DNA from: a virus
IMG/VR virus record: IMGVR_UViG_3300023174_000062
Length of the DNA: 64,000 bases
Direction: 5' to 3' (one strand)
Part shown: in pieces, positions 47,304 through 55,930 of the stretch
How the letters are laid out: each line of letters begins with the position of its first letter
Numbering within the stretch: position 1 is the first letter of the stretch
Position numbers and translations under genes: made by a program
Notes under the pieces: generated by a model
The model's database searches: none
Told to the model about the DNA's origin: nothing
The model's input: only the letters and a program-made list of their open reading frames with translations

Positions 47304-47798
47304 ATGACAAACGAGTTGCCACAAATTTATTGTGACATGGATCAAGTATTGGTCAATTTCATTGGCGGTGCAAACAAAGCATTGTCGGATCAGGGATTAG
47401 GTCGATTTCAAGACATAGAGAAGTCTGTTAAGTGGGAAGCACTACAGAAAGTTCCTAAGTTTTGGGCTAATCTTCCGCCAATGTCTGATGCTATGACACT
47501 TTGGAGATTCATTCGTCCACACGGACCATTCATTCTTTCGACTCCTTCTAAGCATATGGCTACATGTAAGCAAGAAAAAACTGAATGGGTCAGAAAGCAT
47601 TTAGGTAATGTAGAACACATTTACCTTGTTCCGAGAGAAAACAAGCAAAAATTTGCAGTTACTGAAGACGGAAAGCCTAATCTATTAATTGATGATTACG
47701 AAAAAAACATCAAAGAATGGGTTTCTGCTGGAGGAATTGGAATACGACATATAAATAGTATGAACACTATTTTACAATTACGAAAACTAGGATATTAA
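47304..47798 (+). CDS. HAD-family 5'(3')-deoxyribonucleotidase
   Basis: IYCDMDQVL, ILSTP, EKTEWV, LLIDDYEKN. Confidence 0.85.
   Translation: MTNELPQIYCDMDQVLVNFIGGANKALSDQGLGRFQDIEKSVKWEALQKVPKFWANLPPMSDAMTLWRFIRPHGPFILSTPSKHMATCKQEKTEWVRKHLGNVEHIYLVPRENKQKFAVTEDGKPNLLIDDYEKNIKEWVSAGGIGIRHINSMNTILQLRKLGY
47750..47757 (+). promoter_or_regulatory. late promoter inside the nucleotidase 3' end
   Basis: TATAAATA about 60 bp upstream of ATG 47814, which has an AAGGAG SD. Confidence 0.65.
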
Positions 47799-47813
47799 TA
47801 AAAGGAGAACACC

Positions 47814-48293
47814 ATGGCACTATGGGGAACAAGAGATTCATTTGCAATCACAGGAACAGTTAGCGTAGCCAACACTACCACAACAGTTACAGGTAATGCA
47901 AACACAGTTTTTACTACACAACTTAACATTGGTGACACATTAGTCATTAATGGTAGAAGACGCAGAGTTGATGCGATTTCAGCGGCCAATAACTTAACTA
48001 TTGGTACTGCTTGGAATACAGCAAACGTATCTGCTGGAACCATTACGGGTCAAGACACACCAGTTTATGTATCAGCAGAAGAAATTTCTTCTAATAACAT
48101 TATTGGTGTAGACACAACTGAAGCCGGCATTACTGCTAACAAAGCAAGAGGTATTAATACACCAGGCTGGACTAAGTATGTGACATATACAGACATGCAT
48201 GGCAATACACGATACAAAACAGAACCTTTAGTGGTTATGGGTGCTGGCGTATCTTCTGATGCACCAGATGACACTATTGCGGCAGACAGTTAA
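47814..48293 (+). CDS. virion structural protein
   Basis: MALWG start, T-rich beta domain, PGW..Y..Y.D.HG..R.K.E.LV. Confidence 0.7.
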   Translation: MALWGTRDSFAITGTVSVANTTTTVTGNANTVFTTQLNIGDTLVINGRRRRVDAISAANNLTIGTAWNTANVSAGTITGQDTPVYVSAEEISSNNIIGVDTTEAGITANKARGINTPGWTKYVTYTDMHGNTRYKTEPLVVMGAGVSSDAPDDTIAADS

Positions 48294-48361
48294 TTTTCAA
48301 TATTGACCTGAGTCCCAGGAGTAGCATTCCCATTCAATTGGGTTTACATTAAGGAAAAGAA

Positions 48362-48898
48362 ATGGCAGATAAAAAAGTAACGCAGTTAACAGCATTGACT
48401 GCACCGACACAAGACGATTTATTATTAATCATTGATGATCCAGCAGGCTCACCAGTAAGTAAGAAAATTACTGTTGGTGATCTATTGGGTAGAACATCAC
48501 AAGTATCATCAAACACAATCAATCTTGCTTCAGTAGGTGACACATCATTGAATGCAAACAATTTTACAGTAACAACAACCAATCAAGTTACATTCACTAA
48601 AGGTCTTTCGATCAATAGTGGCGGTACGCAATCTGATACTAAAATTGCGACTGACAATCAAGCAAACATGTTCTATGTTAATGCGACTACAGATAAGATT
48701 GGTTTGATGACAAACACACCATCTGAAGTATTAGACATTAATTCTGATGCAGTTCGTGTGCGTACTGCTAGAACACCAGCAAGTTCAAACAATACAGCAG
48801 TTGGTTGGGGTGTTGGCACTATTGCTTGGGATGCAAGTTATTTGTATGTTGCAGTTAATGCATCCACAATTAAGCGAGTAGCACTAAGTTCATTCTAA
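48362..48898 (+). CDS. virion structural / fibre-like protein
   Basis: MADKKVTQLTAL...DLLLIID..KKIT; C-term GTIAWDASYLYVAV...KRVALSSF. Confidence 0.7.
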   Translation: MADKKVTQLTALTAPTQDDLLLIIDDPAGSPVSKKITVGDLLGRTSQVSSNTINLASVGDTSLNANNFTVTTTNQVTFTKGLSINSGGTQSDTKIATDNQANMFYVNATTDKIGLMTNTPSEVLDINSDAVRVRTARTPASSNNTAVGWGVGTIAWDASYLYVAVNASTIKRVALSSF

Positions 48899-49254
48899 TG
48901 ATTATTTTAAATAATGATAATTTTGATGAATATGCAGTAGGCAATTATATCAATCCAAATTGTGTATCTGTGCTAGAATTTCTAGATGATTTAAAAATAA
49001 TTAAATACATCAAGAGACTCATAAACAAATATGCAGACAAACAGGAATTGAAAGAGAGATTGATACTTAATCACATCATATCTCTTTCAAATGTTTTTGG
49101 AGTTGAGGCTACTGTAAATATGTTGATGTTCAGAATAGATAAAACACATCATCATATTTTGAGTGCATTTTTTGTTTATCTTGATTACATCGAATTAGAA
49201 AACGTAGAAGTTTTAGATTTAGCATTGTATAATAAATTAAAGAAGATCATTTAA
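48898..49254 (+). CDS. conserved T4-like hypothetical protein
   Basis: YINPNC...EFLDDLK..KYIKRL...ERLILNHII...NVFG. Confidence 0.75.
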   Translation: MIILNNDNFDEYAVGNYINPNCVSVLEFLDDLKIIKYIKRLINKYADKQELKERLILNHIISLSNVFGVEATVNMLMFRIDKTHHHILSAFFVYLDYIELENVEVLDLALYNKLKKII

Positions 49255-50294
49255 TGGCAAATTTAGTAGACTTATACTTAGTGTATCGAATTTTAAGATT
49301 GTTTACTACTCCGTTCGCAGAGTGGGAAGCAAACAAAACTGGTGTTATTGATGACGAAGGAAACATTGTTGTTCCTCAAGATAAAAGAACAATAGCACAA
49401 GATGATTCATTCACTAAGTTCGACTTATTGATTCTAAAACTCAAACGAGTTTTGGAAAAATTGCCGTTTGGTAAAACTAAACTAGCATCATATGCGGCCG
49501 CATTGTTCCTTCTCAAAGAAGAAAAGAATATTAAAGAAGATACATTAGAAGAACAGTTCTTAGAGTATTACAATGGGCAAAGTTATTTAACTGAAAATGT
49601 ACCAGTAAACAATGTTGGTGGTGGAAACATTGCTGGCGCTAATGGTGATCCACCAAAGCCAACTAAAGTTATGATACGTAGATTTGCAAATCACGATGTG
49701 TTTGTTGTTGATGGAAAGAAATTCAATGACGCACGTTTTGGTAAAAAGAAATATCTTAAGTATGAGAAGTATGTTGGCAACGATGAAGTTGGAAATGCGA
49801 TTCGTGACTATGGGCGCAAGTATCCTAAGAAGCCAATTATCATACAAGACGAATTAACGGGTGCTATGACATTCTTACGTCATGGGCGCAACGGAATGTT
49901 CAGAGAGCAATTTGAACGAGAGCAATTAGTTGAAGAAGTGTCCCAAGCGCAATTGACTGAATTGGAAAAATACTTAGATCAATTGTTCAAAGTGTTAAAT
50001 GTTGATGTTGCATTCACTAAGCATTTTTTAGATAGAGTTAACGATGCACGTAATGGTAAACCTATCACAGTAGATGAATTGCAGTTGTTATTTAAGAAGA
50101 CGATTCAGAAGTATGGTAAGAAAATACCTGCTTTAGGACCTGATGCTGAAGCAGTATTGAATGATATGAAGACGCAAATCAATTTACCATTTGTATTGAA
50201 GTGGGATAGAGATGCGGAAGAGTTAGATTTAGTAGCAAAGACAGTTATGCGTAAAAAGAATTTTATGACGCATAATCAAAAATTCACAGTATAA
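49254..50294 (+). CDS. conserved T4-like protein with C-terminal BECR/RelE-like domain
   Basis: N-term TTPFAEW...GVIDDEG; C-term FTKHFLDRVND...LVAKTVMRK after LVEE. Confidence 0.6.
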   Translation: MANLVDLYLVYRILRLFTTPFAEWEANKTGVIDDEGNIVVPQDKRTIAQDDSFTKFDLLILKLKRVLEKLPFGKTKLASYAAALFLLKEEKNIKEDTLEEQFLEYYNGQSYLTENVPVNNVGGGNIAGANGDPPKPTKVMIRRFANHDVFVVDGKKFNDARFGKKKYLKYEKYVGNDEVGNAIRDYGRKYPKKPIIIQDELTGAMTFLRHGRNGMFREQFEREQLVEEVSQAQLTELEKYLDQLFKVLNVDVAFTKHFLDRVNDARNGKPITVDELQLLFKKTIQKYGKKIPALGPDAEAVLNDMKTQINLPFVLKWDRDAEELDLVAKTVMRKKNFMTHNQKFTV

Positions 50295-50303
50295 GGAAAC
50301 GAT

Positions 50304-50423
50304 ATGTTAGAAACAATTTTTTGGATTTTAATCGGTGCATTTGTTGGATGGCACTTTCCTCAACCTGCATGGGCTAAGACTTTAGAAACTAAAGCACGTT
50401 CACTATTCGCACCTAAAGAGTAA
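50304..50423 (+). CDS. 39-aa membrane micro-protein (not in ORF track)
   Basis: AAGGA SD; MLETIFWILIGAFVGWHFPQPAWAK... Confidence 0.6.
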   Translation: MLETIFWILIGAFVGWHFPQPAWAKTLETKARSLFAPKE

Positions 50424-50428
50424 TTGTC

Positions 50429-50875
50429 ATGTGGATTTTAGAATGGTTGCCTAATTGGATTTTCTATGCAGTCTTCTTTGCAGGATTGCTTGGACTTGTT
50501 GCAACGTATTTTCTAAAGTTCATTCCATTTTTATCAACGTATCAGATTCCGATACAAGTATTGTCTGTTATCGCATTGTGCTTTGGTACATACATGGCAG
50601 GTGCTATATCAGACAATGAATCTTGGCTTGCTAAAGTAAAAGATGTTGAAGCAAAAGTTGCAGAAGTTCAAGTACAGTCTGCTAAAGAAAATGTAAAGAT
50701 TGTTGAAAAGGTAGTTAAGAAAATTGAAATTGTTAGAGTGCAAGGTAACGAAGTCATAAAGTATGTTGACCGAGAAGTTGTGAAGTACGACACTAAATTT
50801 GCACCAGGTGGTATTTGTGAAATACCTAAAGAATTTTTCGTAGCACATAATGATGCGGCAAAGGATTCAAGATGA
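50429..50875 (+). CDS. inner-membrane spanin (Rz-like)
   Basis: N-terminal TM helices, coiled coil, C-terminal Cys (CEIP); directly upstream of a lipoprotein. Confidence 0.7.
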   Translation: MWILEWLPNWIFYAVFFAGLLGLVATYFLKFIPFLSTYQIPIQVLSVIALCFGTYMAGAISDNESWLAKVKDVEAKVAEVQVQSAKENVKIVEKVVKKIEIVRVQGNEVIKYVDREVVKYDTKFAPGGICEIPKEFFVAHNDAAKDSR

Positions 50876-51141
50876 ATAAATACCTTGCACCATTATTGCT
50901 TATATTAGTAACGGGATGTTCAACTGTCGTTCCAGTGACAGTAAAATTTCCTGATGCACCAGATAGAATAAAAATTAAATGCCCCCAGTTAAAAACCCTA
51001 AACGAAGAGGCTAAGTTGTCCGACATAGCCAAGACAATAACCGAAAACTACACAACGTATTACGAATGTGCAGTTAGAAATGACGCTTGGATAGAATGGT
51101 ACGAGACCCAAAAAATAATTTTCGAGAAGTTAAACAAATGA
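50872..51141 (+). CDS. outer-membrane spanin lipoprotein (Rz1-like)
   Basis: Lipobox LVTG-C, Pro-rich segment, two further Cys. Confidence 0.75.
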   Translation: MNKYLAPLLLILVTGCSTVVPVTVKFPDAPDRIKIKCPQLKTLNEEAKLSDIAKTITENYTTYYECAVRNDAWIEWYETQKIIFEKLNK

Positions 51142-51569
51142 GTGATACCGTAGAATTAAAAGTCGATGTGGAAGTTCTCAAGAATCAAGTATTGACTATT
51201 ACACAACTTTGTAGTAAAATGGATTCGGTTATCGAAAAACTGGTGGATAATCACGACCGTATGGTCAATCAAATCTACAACGACATGGAAAAAAGAAAAA
51301 ACGATACCAATACTGATGTTAAAGAATTGCATTCCAGAATCACGACAATTAGCCGTGAGGTATCGGATAAGGTTGAATTGACGGAACGTAGAATCATGGA
51401 TGAAATTAAAGCCCTCCGTGAAGAGATTCAAGAGCATAATCGCAAAGAAGATAATGAATTACGTAAGATCATGGAATGGAAATGGATGGCAGCCGGTGCA
51501 ATTGTTGTTCTTGCGTGGATCATGTCCAATATCAAAATAGATGCAGTATCAAAACTATTCGGTAACTAA
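51138..51569 (+). CDS. coiled-coil protein with C-terminal TM helix (possible lysis accessory)
   Basis: Heptad pattern, WKWMAAGAIVVLAWIM. Confidence 0.55.
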   Translation: MSDTVELKVDVEVLKNQVLTITQLCSKMDSVIEKLVDNHDRMVNQIYNDMEKRKNDTNTDVKELHSRITTISREVSDKVELTERRIMDEIKALREEIQEHNRKEDNELRKIMEWKWMAAGAIVVLAWIMSNIKIDAVSKLFGN

Positions 51570-51608
51570 TTGACTTCCAGTCGAATGTACGCTATAATAT
51601 ACATTCGA
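51570..51608 (+). promoter_or_regulatory. sigma70 promoter with -10 inside an inverted repeat
   Basis: TTGACT-N17-TATAAT; TCGAATGTA-N10-TACATTCGA. Confidence 0.7.
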
Positions 51609-51639
51609 TGAACATTGTATAGTATGAGAAACATTAATT

Positions 51640-52662
51640 ATGAGTATTTGGATAGACCAAAAGTACATTGGTACACTCTCGGTTCGCTTGGACAAATTTG
51701 TCCGTAAAGGCGACTACACCTACAACTTCAGATGCCCTATCTGCGGTGACTCCCAAACAAATCGAAACAAGGCACGTGGATACATCTTTGCACAAAAAGG
51801 TGGACTCTTCTACAAGTGTCACAATTGTGCTGTCAGCATTTCGCTAGGCAGTCTAATCAAAGCAGTTGACCCAAACCTTTACAAAGAGTATTGCCTAGAG
51901 CGATACAAAGAAGGCGAGACAGGTCGCAAAGCACACAAAGAACACGGATTTATTTTTAAGCCTGTCACATTTGGCAGTAACAAAACAGACAATCTAAAAG
52001 GTGTTCTAACTTCCTTATCTAAACTCGGCGATACGCATGAGGCGATTGTATATGCACGTTCACGAAAGATTCCTGAGAACAAACTAAAGACGTTATACTA
52101 CGTTGACAATGTTCAGAAGTTGAAAGTCTTTTCTCCAGAGTATGAAGAGAAGATTGTGACTGAAGAACCTAGAATCGTATTGCCGTTCTATGATAAAGAT
52201 GATGAACTAGTTGGATTAACAGCCCGTGGTATTCGTGGTGAGAAACAGCGTTATCTTGTGATGAAAATAAAAGATGATTCGCCCATGATTTACAACATGA
52301 ACGGGATAGATATAACACAGACTATTTTTGTTACTGAAGGTCCGATTGATAGTTTGTTCTTACCTAATGCAGTCGCAGTTGGAAATTCTAATTTGAAGTA
52401 TGTACTTAATTACTTACCGAAAGATAAGTTAGTATTGATTTACGACAACGAACCACGTAATAAAGAAATCGTAAGAGAGATTGGTGATGCAATTGACGCA
52501 GGCGCAAACGTAGTCATATGGCCAAAATCATATGAAGAAAAAGATATAAATGATATGATACTTGCCGGAAAAACGCAGGATGAAATCTTGAATACTATAA
52601 ATAAATTTACTTTTCGTGGTCCTAAAGCACTACTTGAATACAACATATGGAAGATGAGATGA
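51640..52662 (+). CDS. gp61: DNA primase
   Basis: NFRCPICGDS, CHNC, TEGPIDSLF, YDNEPRN, KDINDM. Confidence 0.96.
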   Translation: MSIWIDQKYIGTLSVRLDKFVRKGDYTYNFRCPICGDSQTNRNKARGYIFAQKGGLFYKCHNCAVSISLGSLIKAVDPNLYKEYCLERYKEGETGRKAHKEHGFIFKPVTFGSNKTDNLKGVLTSLSKLGDTHEAIVYARSRKIPENKLKTLYYVDNVQKLKVFSPEYEEKIVTEEPRIVLPFYDKDDELVGLTARGIRGEKQRYLVMKIKDDSPMIYNMNGIDITQTIFVTEGPIDSLFLPNAVAVGNSNLKYVLNYLPKDKLVLIYDNEPRNKEIVREIGDAIDAGANVVIWPKSYEEKDINDMILAGKTQDEILNTINKFTFRGPKALLEYNIWKMR

Positions 52663-53366
52663 ACGTAAAATTAATAAGTTATTCACAACAAGCGATTGAT
52701 GCAGACAAACAAGATGAATTCGAATTCGATTTACCCAACTTGCAAGACCTTGTCGCATACTGTGCAAGAGTATCTAATCCCTCCAATCAAGCCAATTCCG
52801 AGACTTCAGAAAGACTCATCAAATACCTCATCAAACACAAGCATTGGAGTCCTCTTGAAATGGTCTCCGCATGTATTGAAGTTGAGACAACAAGAGATAT
52901 CGCAAGACAACTCTTAAGGCATAGAAGTTTTTCGTTTCAAGAATTCAGTCAACGATATGCTGATCCGACAGCAGAATTAGATGACGCATTTGTTTTACGT
53001 GAAGCAAGATTGCAAGACACAAAGAATCGTCAAAACTCTGTAGAGTTTGATATGTCTGATGAAAAGCAAAGACTGTTAGCATACGAATGGGAACGTGCCC
53101 AAAAGCGAGTATTGTATGCAGTTAAAAAAGAATATGAATGGGCGATTAAGAATGGTATTGCAAAAGAACAAGCAAGAGCAGTATTACCAGAAGGACTTAC
53201 TGTATCAAGATTGTATGTGAATGGTACGTTGAGATCGTGGATTCATTACATCGATTTGAGAGATGGTAATGGTACACAAAAAGAACACGCAGAAATTGCA
53301 AGAGCATGTGCTGAAGTAATTGCAAAAGTATTTCCAATAATTAAAAGCATAAGGCAAGGAACTTGA
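52659..53366 (+). CDS. thyX: flavin-dependent thymidylate synthase
   Basis: ARVSNP, HWSPLE, RQLLRHRSFSFQEFSQRY, QKEH. Confidence 0.96.
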   Translation: MNVKLISYSQQAIDADKQDEFEFDLPNLQDLVAYCARVSNPSNQANSETSERLIKYLIKHKHWSPLEMVSACIEVETTRDIARQLLRHRSFSFQEFSQRYADPTAELDDAFVLREARLQDTKNRQNSVEFDMSDEKQRLLAYEWERAQKRVLYAVKKEYEWAIKNGIAKEQARAVLPEGLTVSRLYVNGTLRSWIHYIDLRDGNGTQKEHAEIARACAEVIAKVFPIIKSIRQGT

Positions 53367-55148
53367 ATGACAAATGACATTGTAATCGACTATAGTAGAG
53401 ATTCACTATTCGATGAGTTGGGTATTAAAAGATTGAAAGAAAGTTATATGAAGGAGGATGAAAATTCTCCACAGGAAAGGTTTGCACATGTCTCAAAATC
53501 GTTTGGTTCCAATCCAGAACACGCACAGCGATTATACGAATACAGCAGTAGGCATTGGTTGTCTTATTCTACTCCCATTCTTTCTTTTGGTCGCAGTAGT
53601 CGTGGGCTTCCTATATCATGCTTTCTACCATACTTACATGATAGTGCAGAGGGGCTTGTCAATTGTCTCGCTGAAGTCAATTGGTTATCGATGTTGGGTG
53701 GTGGTGTCGGCATCGGTGTCGGCATTCGCAGTTCGGATGATAAGTCGGTTGGAGTCATGCCCCACCTTCGCACATATGACGCATCATCTCTCGCTTATAG
53801 ACAAGGTAGGACTCGCCGTGGTTCCTACGCTACTTATCTTGATATTTCTCATCCAGACATTCTTCTATTTCTTGAAATGAGAAAACCAACAGGCGATCCC
53901 AATCTACGTACATTGAATCTACATCATGGCATTAACATTCCAGATTCATTCATGCAAATCGTTGAGAATTGTATGCAAGACAAAGATGCAGATGATTCTT
54001 GGGAATTAAGAGACCCACACAGTAATGAAGTTCGTGAAGTTGTTTCTGCAAAAGACTTGTGGCAACGTATACTTGACATTCGTATGCAAACTGGTGAACC
54101 ATATTTGCATTTCATTGATGCAAGCAATCGTGCTATGCCACAGTTTCAAAAAGACTTGGGACTAAGTATTAAGCAAAGTAATCTTTGCTCTGAAATTATT
54201 TTACCTACAGACAAAGATAGAACAGCAGTATGTTGTTTGTCTTCAGTTAATTTGGAGTACTTTGATGAGTGGAAAACGGATCCTTTATTTCTTTCTGATA
54301 TTGCAGAAATGCTTGACAATGTTCTTCAGTATTTTATTGATAATGCTCCTGCCGCCGTTGAACGTGCAAGGTTCTCTGCCATACGTGAGCGCAGTATTGG
54401 CATCGGTGCTCTTGGGTTTCATGCTTATCTACAACGAAATAACGTCCCATTCGAATCCGCACTCGCAGTCGGAAGAAACAAACAAATCTTCTCACATATA
54501 AGAGGACAACTTGATGATGCAAATCTTAAATTGGGTAAAGAACGTGGTGAAGCGCCTGATGCTGTTGGTACTGGGAAGCGTTTTAGTCATATGCTCGCCA
54601 TTGCTCCTAATGCTTCAAGTTCTATTATTATGGGTAATACTTCTCCTTCAATTGAACCCCTACGTGCGAATGCGTATAGACAAGACACTCTCAGCGGTTC
54701 TTCATTGAATAAGAATAAATGGCTTGACAGAATCATCAAGAGTATAGTAAAATCAGACGATGAATATCAGACAGTTTGGTCTAGCATCATTGCGAATGAT
54801 GGTAGCGTACAGCACTTAGATATTCTAGATGATTGGCAGAAAGATGTATTCAAAACATCTATGGAGATTGACCAGCGTTGGTTAGTCAATCATGCCGCAG
54901 ATAGACAAGAGTATATCGACCAAGCACAATCATTGAATCTGTTCTTCCGTCCTGATGTAAACATTAAATATCTACATGCAGTACACTTTCAAGCGTGGAA
55001 GCAAGGATTGAAAACATTGTACTACTGTCGTTCAGAAAAGATTGGTAAAGCAGATAAAGTTTCAAAACGTATTGAACGTGAAGTTATTAAAGAACTAGAT
55101 ATGAAAGCACTTATTGATGGTGATGCATGTCTTGCATGTGAAGGATAA
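53367..55148 (+). CDS. nrdA: ribonucleotide reductase class Ia alpha subunit (no ATP cone)
   Basis: STPIL, PISCFL, SNLCSEI, CCLSS, APNASSS, KTLYY, C-terminal CLACEG. Confidence 0.95.
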   Translation: MTNDIVIDYSRDSLFDELGIKRLKESYMKEDENSPQERFAHVSKSFGSNPEHAQRLYEYSSRHWLSYSTPILSFGRSSRGLPISCFLPYLHDSAEGLVNCLAEVNWLSMLGGGVGIGVGIRSSDDKSVGVMPHLRTYDASSLAYRQGRTRRGSYATYLDISHPDILLFLEMRKPTGDPNLRTLNLHHGINIPDSFMQIVENCMQDKDADDSWELRDPHSNEVREVVSAKDLWQRILDIRMQTGEPYLHFIDASNRAMPQFQKDLGLSIKQSNLCSEIILPTDKDRTAVCCLSSVNLEYFDEWKTDPLFLSDIAEMLDNVLQYFIDNAPAAVERARFSAIRERSIGIGALGFHAYLQRNNVPFESALAVGRNKQIFSHIRGQLDDANLKLGKERGEAPDAVGTGKRFSHMLAIAPNASSSIIMGNTSPSIEPLRANAYRQDTLSGSSLNKNKWLDRIIKSIVKSDDEYQTVWSSIIANDGSVQHLDILDDWQKDVFKTSMEIDQRWLVNHAADRQEYIDQAQSLNLFFRPDVNIKYLHAVHFQAWKQGLKTLYYCRSEKIGKADKVSKRIEREVIKELDMKALIDGDACLACEG

Positions 55149-55150
55149 GA

Positions 55151-55930
55151 ATGAAATACAAAAGCATATTCATTAGTGATGTGCATTTGGGTACGAATGA
55201 CTGTAAAGCAGATTTGTTAAATAATTTTTTGAAACACAACAAGTGTGATACACTTTATCTTGTAGGTGATATAATAGATGCGTGGCGCATACAGCAAAAC
55301 AAATGGCGCTGGAAGCAAAGCCATACCAATGTTGTTCGTAGAGTATTAGGTCACGCTAAACGTGGTACCCGTGTTGTTTACATTGCGGGTAACCATGATG
55401 AATTCCTTAGACCAATGATACCATATGGTTTCAGTTTTGGTTTAGTGGAAATACACAACCAAATAGAACACATTGGTGTTGATGGTAAACACTATCTAGT
55501 CACACACGGTGACTTGTTTGATGGTATAACAAGATTAGCACCATGGCTAGCATTTTTGGGAGACAAAGCATATGATTTCATTTTATCGCTCAATAGTAAA
55601 TTCAATTGGATACGTCATCGTTTTGGTTTTGGGTACTTTAGTCTTAGTAAATTCCTTAAGCACAAAGTCAAAAAAGCAGTAGATTTTATATTTCAGTTTG
55701 AAAAGAATTTAGCGGGCTATTGTAAGAAGCGTGGCTATGATGGTGTTATATGTGGACACATACATCATGCAGAAATAAAAGAAATAGACGGAATCATTTA
55801 TATGAATGATGGTGATTGGGTAGAATCTTGTACAGCATTGGTTGAAAACATGAATGGTACGTGGGAAATTATTCATTGGGAAAAAATAGTAACTGTAGAA
55901 GATCAAGTAAAATGTCAAGAAGTATCGTAG
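55151..55930 (+). CDS. metallophosphoesterase, PlcP-like (LpxH-related family)
   Basis: ISDVHLG, LVGDIID.W, W.W...H..VV, GNHD, HGD, CGHIH, Y.NDGDWVESCTA. Confidence 0.8.
   Translation: MKYKSIFISDVHLGTNDCKADLLNNFLKHNKCDTLYLVGDIIDAWRIQQNKWRWKQSHTNVVRRVLGHAKRGTRVVYIAGNHDEFLRPMIPYGFSFGLVEIHNQIEHIGVDGKHYLVTHGDLFDGITRLAPWLAFLGDKAYDFILSLNSKFNWIRHRFGFGYFSLSKFLKHKVKKAVDFIFQFEKNLAGYCKKRGYDGVICGHIHHAEIKEIDGIIYMNDGDWVESCTALVENMNGTWEIIHWEKIVTVEDQVKCQEVS

Noticed and set aside
55151-55930. LpxH lipid A biosynthesis enzyme
   Set aside because: GNHD instead of GNRD and pairing with a glycosyltransferase fit the PlcP-like group better
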